A DNA stretch of 64,000 nt, taken from positions 38,260,401 through 38,324,400 of the forward strand of contig CM120641.1 of the NCBI GenBank assembly GCA_051362555.1, given 5' to 3'. Made by a program: the position numbers and the translations under genes. This DNA comes from Lingula anatina (lineage: Eukaryota; Animalia; Brachiopoda). Shown here piece after piece: positions 53,098-64,000 of the stretch. The notes beneath the pieces were generated by a model. The model made no database searches. It saw only the letters and a program-made list of their open reading frames with translations, and had not been told where the DNA came from. Every line of letters begins with the position of its first letter. Position 1 is the stretch's first letter.

Positions 53098-56000
53098 GAT
53101 ACAGAAACATTTTCTTTTACAATAAAGTTCCTAATAGTTTGCCCTCAAGGTGGCAGAGGTAATTTCATTACCACCAAGATATGCTTTGATCACACAACAT
53201 ATAAACTGGAGTTAAAAAATGCCATTCTAAGATTTTTGTTTAAGCAACATGGATTTTAAGAATGAAATATTTAAATCTGCATCCAATAGATCAATCCCTT
53301 CCCTTCTCCCAAGTTGCCATTGAAACAACACTTTAAATGAAATAGACATGAAACTTTTATTTACATTTAGGTGTACTGGATCTTGAAATAGGCCTTTACA
53401 CATTGTTAGCAAATACTGACACTGTACACACAAATTTTGTCTAAGATACTTTTATCCTTTTCTCTGTATCATTTTACACAAAGTCATCTTTTATTATCAA
53501 AAGTAAAAAGCTATACACGTCAGTTTTTACCAGACAAAATATGGGTGCCTATTACACTTTTAAGTTGGAAAATTAAGACAACCCTTTTCTAAGACTAATT
53601 AAGACATCAGCCAAATACATCTCTATAGTCAAATAGCCTTACTCTATGCCAGTTTACCTTTGAGATAAAACTTTCCTAATGAAATATTCAATGAAATTAT
53701 TAGGGATGTAGGATGTTAAATAGCCACTGGAAGCAATGAGAAATTTTGCAAGAAAACTTCATCAATTGCACATTTTTATTTATAATCTGACTAGTTTTTA
53801 ACTACTGGCATTTTGTGAACCCGATTTTTACCTTTTAGCTGAAGTTGCTTAAAAACTGTAATAACATTTGTGCAGATTATGAACATAACACACTTAGACA
53901 CATGAAGATTGAGTTCAATGCAGAGAAGTATCAAGAATATATATAAATTGATGTTTTTATTCCTGATTAATTAAGAATGAAGTAAATTAATAAGGCAAAT
54001 GAAAAAACTCTACACAACTTCTTTAGTGATTTTAATGTATGCTAGTTTAATTGTTCTTCAAGAATATTGTCTTTCTATCAGCCTGTTTTTAGGTAGCACG
54101 TGATGAATCCAAACACTGGGCCCTAATTTCAGATTCTGCGATGTCTTCCAAGGAGTTGGCTTGAATTTTCTTGCCGAGTCCTTTCAACTTTGGAGTGAAA
54201 TCTTTGCCACTGCTTGTGTACAACATCTTCTGTTTAACTGCAGCATTGTCAGGGTTCCTAGGAAATAAAACAATGTACTTCAGTTACATTTTGTTCACTT
54301 CTTTCAACAGTTTGGTATTGTAATGACTCAATCTTTTCAATGCTGAACGTGTATATTTTACAGATCAATGCTGAATTTTTAAGTCAAATATTCTTCCAAT
54401 TAGTATATTCCTATTGAGTGGTCGTTATAATATTAATAAATAGGGTACCCTATGGTTCTACTCTACATGGTAAAAAAAAAACGCCACAAATGCATTACTA
54501 AATTTTCATTGTAAGGAACCAACCAACCTTTTTTATTTCATAGCAAGTGTTCTTGCTGCTATTGCTCATTCCTCTGAACTACAATACCCCCAATTCAAAA
54601 TTAATTTCAGTCCTTTATTTTATAATTACTCACCACTGGAAAAAAATAATAGTGTTCTTCCATGTTGCATTGGCCTGCATGAACCCATAGTCAAATATTG
54701 CATAACGACACTCTTTTTTCTCTGCTACCTTTCTTAGTTTTTCACTAAATTCTTCATAGGCTTTATCTGCAGTTCAATAAAAAATAATGAGTTTAGAAGT
54801 CTAGAATGAGCCATTCTTGTAGGGAGTGAACACTTTTTTTTATTGCAAGTATCTTTACTTTTTATAATTATCATATGGTGACCTTGTGACTACTGGTGTG
54901 AAAACTGTAAAAAAGAAAAATGTATATTTGCCCAGCAAAACCATTTTCAGAATATCCTATACCTGCTAAATTACGTCAAACAAAACATTGGATGTCATGT
55001 CGATGCATTGCATATCACAATGCAGTGACCTGCACATGACAATACCGCTACGTGTCAGCTTCACAGGTGGCATTTTGGTAGAAACAAATGAAGATGAAGT
55101 ATACACTGAGATGGTACTGAATGGCTGGTCAGATGTGACGATATATATATATATATATATATATATGAAACATGTTTTTAAAAGCCTAAAAAATCATACC
55201 TGGGTGAGTTAATGTAAAAGTACACAAAATCTGCAGTTTCACTACAATTGATTAAAAAATGTATAAGACAAATATACAAAAATTCACCTCCAGATTAAGA
55301 CTTTGGAAGGATAACTTCACTGCAATACACCACCCTATTCTCTTGTGGTAAGTATTATAATTAAAGGCCAATGTTAATTATGAAAGATTATAATTTAGAA
55401 AAACGCCTTTAGTAGCCAATTCTCACCCTGTAATTCCTGGTCATTCTCTTTTATGCCTGCAGCAGTCTCCTCTACACTAATAGCGGAATTTGCTTTGCCA
55501 TCATGGTCTACGATTTTGAAGATGACATATACATATTTCTTATTCATTTTGATGTCATTGAAGGCTGTCAGGCATTCCTCTAAAATTTGAACTCCAGAAG
55601 ACTGCAAATAAATTATGTTATAGCTGAAAAATTATTGACTTACAATCTGACGATAAACCTTTGAAATAACTGTTCGGTTTGAAACTTGAAACACTTGATA
55701 TTGACGACTAAACATACAATTTGGTTACAAAATAGAACTACATGACATAATTGTAAACTAACCGCCCTTAGATTCGTTTGGGAGTATTGCTAATGAAATA
55801 CACAAAACGGGGCTATGCAAACCAATTTTCACAGTCGAATACTTAAAAGTAGCTCTAACTCAACATTAAAACGTAAAATTCAACTTCATATGAAAGGACT
55901 AGCTTACCATTTTTACTACTGTTTTGTGCTCCCGCGTGAAACTAATATGGACGACGAATTTCAAGACAATTTATACGCAGTCGCACTGAGTCTTTTCAGA

Positions 56001-59000
56001 AAATGTGCTATAAATAACTGCTGTGTAACCCTGCGCAGAGCGGTGATTAATGAATCGACCGAGTCGATAGAATATTTAACACCTTTTTCGATCATAAAAA
56101 TAATCTGTTGTTTTTCCTCTAAATTTGGTTTTTGATTGCCTATATATGGTGGAATAAAATCGAAGTGTCCAATTTAATGTTTTTGCGGGGTGTAAGCTTT
56201 ATCGGCCCGACCGGCAGCACTTGCTAGTATATAGGTCAACTTCCTTATAAGGAAATGAACTTGTGCTGAGTACATATAAGGCTGGGAAAACAAAGCTAAA
56301 TATACGTTTGAAGTTCGGTTTTTGTGTCACTTAAGGGACAAGAATTAAGATTAGAGTATTACTTCAGTCAACAAACCGTTTAAATAATTAAAAAAGAATT
56401 AGATTTTGTAATTTTCTGATTTTGTCACATGAAACATCATCCCAGATAGTTCATCGACTCCTGTAAACACGGGCCTTTTGAAAGACACGGTGGCTAACAT
56501 CGCAGTGTCCTAGGCTTTTCCAGGGGCGTAACCAGACCTTTAAAAATTGTACGCACAGATTTTAAAAATACCCAGCATGTACAGCAAAATGTAGACTAAC
56601 GCAACAGATGAAGGACAGCGTAATCACAGCATATGTACCACACATCGTAGCTTAATTTCCATTAATAATAAAATCATCATTTAAGTCAAAAATATTCTCG
56701 CGATTTAATAAAGTTTCAATATTTTTATTTACTCAGAACGGTATATTCATTTAAAAGGAGGCTTACTTCGCATCAGCGGACCCCCCTCCCCTCTTCGAAT
56801 AATGCTGGATCCTCCTCTGAGTTGAACTTATATACGGATTCATCCAGCTTTCATGCGGGTGCATGGCTCCCAAAAACAACCAATGATATGGCACAATAGA
56901 GCTCTGATACATTAGTTTTATTATTTGTTTGTGGAAACTGCCCATATCACCCTGTTAGTTTGGAGGGCTAAGCTGAATCAAGTCCGTGTGAAATTCTTTG
57001 AAGATTTGCAGGAAAAATTCTTCCTTTGTTTCTCTAGCTCTTTATTAAACCTGGTGATCAGATTTTATCTAGTGCCCCCAGGTCTACGGGAGCTGCTCTT
57101 TGAAAATAACACACAGGTAGATTTTACCTGAGATTTTACCTGATATATCACCAGCGAGAGTGCGTTCGTTACTCTCATGACTACAGGAGAGTTGAAGGCC
57201 ACTTAACCCTCCAATTAAGAGGTAAAGGATGTTCCAGTTAGATGGACGATTAAGATAGGACTTGTAAAGGTAACAGGCATTGTTTACCTCAGTTGAATAA
57301 AAGTATGTCAGAACAATTGTGCGTATACAGAGGGTTTGTACATACAGGTGACTTTAAATCGCAGAGGATTTTTGAGATAAATTCCGTGAAAAATACATTA
57401 ATTTATATAAAATAATACCATGGTTGGCCAAAAAAAAATTGTACGCACAGTGCATCCGTGCGTATGCCTAGTTACGCCCATGTTTTCCCTTTGTGTAACT
57501 GCACAAATGTCAAAATAGTTCGTCTTGATTTCTTTGGTCTTACTTGCTTGTGGCCCCTCTCTTTTATTGTGTGTGTGTGTGTGGGGGGGGGGGGGGAGTT
57601 ACAAGTACAGTACTTTACATGTACAGTCAATGGAAGGGACACACACCTGCTATGTTCCTACCCTTGATCCACCATTGCTAATTGATTTTGTAAGACTTGC
57701 CAATTACTATCAGTGCCTAAATTCACATTTGTGTGGTATATGTACATGTACTATAGTAGTCCAGCTTATCAAAGCAACCTTAATAAAAAGAAAGTTCATG
57801 ATGACGAAAATTCCACAAATAGTTCCCTCTCAACATTCAATGGGGTATCAACATATACATACATGAACCATAGCAATCTAGCTAATATTAATTTATTTCA
57901 ATAAGTAACAAAGTGAACTTTGATAATTTATTTGTATTTAGAGATCCCAAGATACCAACTGATATGATCCCCTCAATGGGTGATGGATCTTCTGACATTA
58001 CCCTGTCAGCTGAACAGATTGACACAGTGGTACAGAAAATGTTAGACATACAGGGAGGACTGCAGAAACTGGTTAGTGGAGGCGTGGTGAATTTAGTTTT
58101 TGTGCAGGAATATGATATTTTCCTACATTTAATTTTCTTATGTCATTTTCTGTTTTATCACTGAAACTATATTTAATTATGTTTTGCCTTAAATGTATGT
58201 ATGGGAATATGCAAGAAATTTTCAGCAGTAAAGGTGGGGCACATATATAATATTCTTTGTTCAAAGAATTAATAATTCTTTAATTTGTGATTGAAGTCAT
58301 CAAGAAGGAAAAAAAGGCAATTTTAATAATTAAAGCGTGCTTTAAAGTTGATGACATTGATGAGAAACCTAGAAAAGTATTTGTTTGAAGTGGATGTGTT
58401 TTAAAGTTGATAGGTTTTTCATGAATTAAAAAATATGTTAAATGTACTGTTTTTTTAAATTTGTAACTGAAGGTGAAAGAGGAATGCACTACCGCATCCA
58501 AGAAACGTCGAATGGAACAAAAGTTAAAAAAGGAAGGAATAATAGAATCAGTTGTTGAGACAGCATTGACAGAGAGTGAGATTGAAGTTGAGAAACCAAA
58601 AAGGGTAAGTATTTTTTTTAAATAATGGTGCAGAATATTATATATTTATTTTTGTAACTTTTATCACTTAGAACAGAAAGCTTAGGATTTTGGCTCTTTC
58701 CAATTCAGTATGAACATTTGTGGCAATTTTGTTTTATTATCAATACACAAATACAATTTTGAGTTTACTTTGTTATGTAAGGTGTTTCTATCTATTTTAA
58801 GACTTGAAAAATTTCTTGTAATATTTCAAATGTGTTTGAAAGGCCTGCTATGAACTTTTTGCATGTTACATCACTCCACTCTGACCATGGTGACACATAC
58901 TGCTGTTCAGTTATACCATTTTGTTATAGGAGATAGACAGCTGGAATTCTGCTGTTTCCTGATAACATATATTGACTTTAATCTTTCAAATGATTGTGAG

Positions 59001-62000
59001 AGAACAGATTTATTTGTTCATTCAAACTCACCTTAGAATCTGAAGATACGAAAAAAGTAATAATGAAATTTATTTATATGATCATATCATATAAATGATC
59101 TCTTATAGACATCTATCTTTTTGCTCTGTGTAAGATTTATTTTTTCAAATTCACATCAGAGTTGGACAACTAAACTGAAATGATTGGCCTTTCAGGGTCT
59201 GAAAAGAAAGAAGAGAAAGAATAAGGCTGGTCCAAAAGTTCAGACACCCAGCAGTTGGCAGATATCTGCTGACATTTACCACAGTGGGATCAAACAGTTC
59301 TTGACTGATGGCACATACCCAGAGAATTACACAGATAAAATGAAAGAGAAAGTCAGCATCATGTTACCAAAATACATAATCCTTAATAAGAAGTAAGTCT
59401 AAATTTAATTTTGCAAAGAAATTCTAATCCCCCTTTAAACATTAAAAAGTTTTATAGATTTCAAGGTATATGTGGATGGTGTTTTTCTTTATTCTCCTTT
59501 TTTGCAGATGGTTCTTCTAAAATGGCAATTTTTCTCGACAAAAAAAAAAAATAATAATAAAATAATAATAATAATAAATAAATAAATAAATAAAAATAAT
59601 ATATGTGTGATACCATGTACTTTACTCAGCTTCAGTCAAGGGAAGCAAAATATATTTTGTAGGATACTTGTGAGTTTGAAACTTGATAGTGTTGGTCAGT
59701 GAGCATAAGAATATTGTTTAGTGGCCCAGAATAATTTGTTAATTGTCTTTTTTTCTCCTCAAAATACTTAAAAACCACAAAAACAACTATATATTTTTTT
59801 TTACACAAATGCCCTTGAAAAACATTAAATACATCATACTTAGGCTTCAGAAAAAGTGCAGGTTAGTCAATTATTTTGTTGTATGTTGCTTTTGGTATTT
59901 AGCAAGTTGAATATTAAGAAAATTAATTAACCATGATTGATTTTCATTTTAGGTTATACTATGTAAAAAATGAGAAAGCTGAGAAGAAGGAAGATCCTGA
60001 GAACTTGCGTGAAGTGATAGAAGATGTTGAAGACAGGAATAATATCATTGAAAGGACTCATACATCCAAACCAAGTAAAACAAATTTCTTGAAATAAAAT
60101 CAATAACTAAAGTTCACAGAAATGTTTTTACCTATAAAAGAGGGCAGGCAGATACCCTGTTTCTGATATTATTGATGCATATTTTACTGATCTGGAACCA
60201 TGCAAACTTAACCAAAAAAATTAATTATATATTGTGTCCCAGGTGGCCACCTGTCTGACCATGGGACATACCTGGCTGTGAGTACCAAGTACTGTTGGGG
60301 AGGACTGAGGAAAGATGTACTAGACTATGTGAAAAAGTGCCAAGTTTGTATGAATAGACAATTGGCTCCACCGCCAAAGAAGGTATGGATGAAGATAGTA
60401 TATATAAGTATACATGTAATTATTGTATCTGTAACTGTCCCTCACCAAGTTATGGTAATGGAAACTTCACAGTACCTTCACAGGTAGGGGATCGATCAAG
60501 GAAACGCGATAATATTACTTGGGTTTAGGGAGGAAAATGATTAAAAACAATGCAATTGCTGTAGCATTTTTTTATCATCAATTAAAATAAATCATAAAAT
60601 GCAAGTTATAGTTAACATTTCAACTTTCTTTCAGTAACTCCACCATCTGTTTGAACATATTTTCACTAGATTGAATGAATGTACGGTAAACGTCAAGTAG
60701 ACTAGACGCAGATATGGACCGCCTTTCTGGTACAATCTGTGAAAACACATAATTTCCCTCTTCCATCTATTGCGGACGCTGTCTAGTGCATTTAGACTGC
60801 CTAGGATGGACTGGTGCATCATTTTGCTGCAAATCTTCACCTTCGCTTTCCACTTGCGATTCTTGTTCACTGTCGTCCTCTCAGTCCTCCTCCTCTATGC
60901 TAACTCTTTCACTACTACCGGCCTCATCAGGGATCATTTGTTCAGACCATCGTACAACATAATGTACCCCAGAAGAATCATCAGAGTCATCTGTTATATT
61001 TGAAAAATCACTCATGTCTGGGTCTACAGGTACGTACGTTAGTGGTCTTCTCTTCCCTCAAATCCATGGGGAAAATTAAAGGTAAAAGTAAATTTTTGTG
61101 AACATTTTTTATGTCCCCTTTGCCATTTTCTTGTCTGATCCTATACACTGGTATATTAGGATCATTCTGGTCAACTATCACATATACCTCTTTTCTCCAT
61201 TTGTTAGCCAATTTGTGTTTCCCTTTTAAGCCTACATTTTTTAAAATAACTCGATCCCCTACCCCGGGTACTACCCCTCTACACCGATCGTCATACCTTT
61301 GCTTATTTTTAGACCTTTTCCCTTTTGCTTTCTCATTAGCAATGTTGTCTGCCACTTTCAATCTCTCTTTCAACATACTGATATACCTTTCATAGTCCTT
61401 GTGCTCATCCTTTGAGTACAGTCCAAAAATTACGTCTACTGCAAGCCAGGGGGCCCTCCCGAACATTAAGTAGAACGGCCTGAAGCCTGTGGACTCATGC
61501 ACTGTGCAGTTGTAAGAGTGAACTAATGAAGGTACATACCTTTTCCACTCAAGTGTTTGGTCATCCTGGAGTGTACGCATCATGCCTATTAGAGTTCTGT
61601 TGAAACGTTCCGTAACTCCGTTCCCCATTGGGTGATAAGGGGTTGTTCTGGACTTTCCTATTCCCAGTAATTTACACAACTCTTTGATTACTTTAGATTC
61701 GAAGTTGCGCCCCTGATTCCAATACACCAAGGAATCACGTCTTAGATAGGCGAATAGATAGTTTAATTCTCAGACTCTTAATTGTATTTCTGTCTTTGTT
61801 ATTAGAAAGTCATGAGCTCACCTGTAAAACTTTGTGCTTGATCAGAGCTCACAGTGTCAGCAGAAAGGTGTACCCGATCTCAATGAAAGAAAACAAAATG
61901 ATACACATTTTACAGTCCAGGAAAGTCACATTTGACTGCTGAGCATTTAGATCCTGTCGACTGCGCCATTTTTGCATCGACAACAATGTATTGTCCTTTC

Positions 62001-63447
62001 AAAAAGTCGTTATTCTGACTGATCTTACATAAAATACAGTACTTTCTTCATGTCCGATCTCTGGTGTATCTCTCTCGAATTATGCGCCAAAACTTTTTTT
62101 AGTATAGGGTCACATGACCCATGTGACACAAAAAGGGCGCTAACACCAGCTATACATATGCATTACATCTATTTATATACTTTAGCTACTTATGTTAAGG
62201 CACAATGCGCTATTACATACTTATATATACATGTGAATACATGTACCCTATTACATGCATTTACTATGTATCATAAACAACTTCTTCCTCATATTTTTTA
62301 AAACCTCAGATGTGTTTAAGGAGAGATACTGCCGTCTCCAATCAGCAGGAGAATTATGCAGCCCTGATCCAGTACATGTTGAATGGCACCTATCCTTCTC
62401 ACTATAGTATGGATCAGAAGAGAGCCCTGCGCAGAAAGGCAGAAAACCATTTTTTAGACGAGTCCACTATGACTCTCTCATATGTTGAATATGATTTAGA
62501 TGGGGATAAGGTGTTCAGGAAAGTGGTGACAAATGAAGAGGAGCAACTGAGGTTGATAAAAGAACATCATGGGAGTGAACATGGTGATTATTGGAATGCT
62601 ACTTTTCAAACACTTTGAGGTGCATTTGATATGCAATTGTGATAATTTTGATAAAGACGGGTTAAATTTGGCTTTGGAAAAGTACTTGATTATTTTATGT
62701 TAAGTATAATTTTACCTTTGACTTAAGGTTAACCTGCATCTCCAGGCTGCCTGTGCAACATTGCACCATATGGAACCTAATTGGTGGTTCCTGCAAGTTT
62801 TCAACTCATTTCAGAGTGGACATTTTAGAGTTTGGTTCAACAATAAATAATGTTTATGAAGCATAAGATTGTTTGCATATACCGGGGATATGTAGTTGAA
62901 TGCAACTTTTATTTTAGTGTTGATATTTTTGTGGTTCCATTTCAGATCATCATGTGGGAAGAGATCTTACCTATAATGAATTGAAGGCCAAATACTTTTG
63001 GCCTGGTATCTCCAATGATGTCAGAAAGTATGTAGATAGCTGTGCTGTTTGTAGTCAGGCAGACAAAAGCAGAAAAATCGTAAGTAAATTATCAGTAAAA
63101 TTATCCTGGTATTGGATCATGACATGCAAACTTTTATTTTGCCATTATTTTAATATCAAGTTACCTCTTTCAAAATTGAAATTAAATGGTTTTTTTCAGC
63201 TGTGATTTACACAAACACATAGTAGTCAGAGGGGAAATCAGGTACCAGTTGTAATCAAACCAAAATAAATGAATGACTCATGCATCACATGTATTCAATT
63301 AGGATGCTGATGACTTTGATGAAGATGAGGAAGATGATGTTAATGATGAAGCTGAAGCGGAAGAAAATGTTGAGATATTGAAGAAAGAAAATGATGCTAC
63401 AGAAGAAACAAAAGATACAAAAAAGAAAAGGAAAGCTGGAACTTCTG
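48862..63447 (+). CDS. Domesticated Ginger/Gypsy-integrase-like (GIN-like) protein with three H2C2 modules and a degenerate integrase core; at least 13 exons, 3' end uncertain
   Basis: Phase-consistent exons: 48862-49117, 49642-49859, 50472-50629, 51212-51345, 51630-51780, 57942-58071, 58473-58604, 59196-59392, 59953-60074, 60243-60382, 62310-62583, 62946-63079, 63303-63447; possible last exon 63817-63854. Motifs: H-x6-HSGIDRT...YYWKGM...CMHC; FDFLGPF...YILVCVDKFSMWTEA; WDQHL...YSPFYLLYGRDPKIP; two further H..H...W.G...DV..YV..C.VC modules. Confidence 0.85.
50715..51060 (-). mobile_element. RTE-type LINE 3' fragment
   Basis: Minus strand with frameshifts: IKRRRWRWIGHV...PKVALGWAPEGKRHRRRPTET.RRFVEKEMK..GWTW, characteristic of RTE C-termini. 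Confidence 0.75.
54089..55910 (-). CDS. ADF/cofilin (actin-depolymerizing factor), nested antisense gene
   Basis: Exons 55910-55908 (ATG only, typical of ADF/cofilin), 55601-55427, 54766-54634, 54257-54089. Translation MSSGVQI...KKYVYVIFKI...ECRYAIFDY...IIFFQWNPDNAAVKQKMLYTSS...IQANSLEDI. Confidence 0.92.
56521..57482. mobile_element. About 1-kb non-autonomous hAT5-like element
   Basis: caggggcgtaacca...tagttacgcccatg inverted ends, ttttc on both flanks, and aaaaattgtacgcacag repeated near each end. Confidence 0.65.
60630..62280 (-). mobile_element. Internally deleted Gypsy LTR retrotransposon: PBS plus integrase C-terminal half
   Basis: ORF 61730-61008: NQGRNFES...KSRTTPYHPMGNGVTERFNRTL...YNCTVHESTGFRPFYLMFGR...KHKLANKW. 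PBS TGGCGCAGTCGACAGGAT at 61968-61951, similar to tRNA-Ser 3' complements. Gag/PR/RT are absent. Outer limits are approximate and no matching second LTR was seen. Confidence 0.8.
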
Positions 63448-64000
63448 GTAGGCATTTGGTCACGCTTATTACATAATTATACATATATACTTCATCTTCA
63501 TGCATATAATACTACTTCTATATGCAGACTGTATGTGTTTGTATGTATTCTGATTACTTGCAATTGTGTCTGTTCATGTTGTTGCTGGAACTATTTTTGC
63601 CAAAAAAATTAAAAAGACATAGTATTGTTTTTCTCAAAATTAACTGTGAGATAGAAGTTAGATAAAATTTCAACCCAAGTTAAAAACCAGCATAGTCAAA
63701 TTAATTGTTAGGGGATAGTGTTACTTTCTGCAGAATTTTATGCATAATGTGAGTGTAGAGATTTCCATAATTGCTAAATTATATTTGTGTTGTAGTTCAA
63801 TTTTTTCCTTTTTTAGGATGTAACTGGCATGAGCAATTATTTAATTGTCTCTAAAATGAAAAAAATATGGGCCACCAGCGACGTAGTTGTTATACGGTCA
63901 AATTTTAAATACACGCCAAATTTGTGTACGTGGCTGCTTATTGCGTTACCCCCAGAGCGACGCAAACGATTCTAAGGTCCTTTTAACCTGTTACGGAATG

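Noticed and set aside
60430-60600. Possible 3' LTR of the Gypsy remnant (begins TGTAAC)
   Set aside because: It does not match the sequence adjacent to the PBS (from 61973), and no polypurine tract was seen.

Overview
AT-rich, intron-containing DNA from a metazoan, most likely an invertebrate; the taxon cannot be fixed from sequence alone. Spliced genes rebuilt by eye from GT-AG sites and intron phase: a zeta/delta-type tubulin (-), a fold-type III PLP D-serine dehydratase-like gene (+), a THAP + C2H2 zinc-finger gene (-), a mitochondrial-clan cytochrome P450 (-), TEDC1 (+), and an intron-rich Ginger/Gypsy-integrase-derived gene (+). The integrase-derived gene has three integrase-type H2C2 modules and an apparently dead DDE core, and carries an ADF/cofilin gene antisense in one intron. 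A tandem duplication (about 15812-28855 versus 28856-33350) copied the dehydratase last exon, a Penelope fragment ending at a hammerhead ribozyme cleavage site, and the 3' part of the zinc-finger gene. The upstream copy then decayed and received a LINE and an 8-kb Sola-like element with nested Kolobok-like and MULE-like elements. Several MITE families show clear target-site duplications. All family assignments come from motif recognition, not from database searches.
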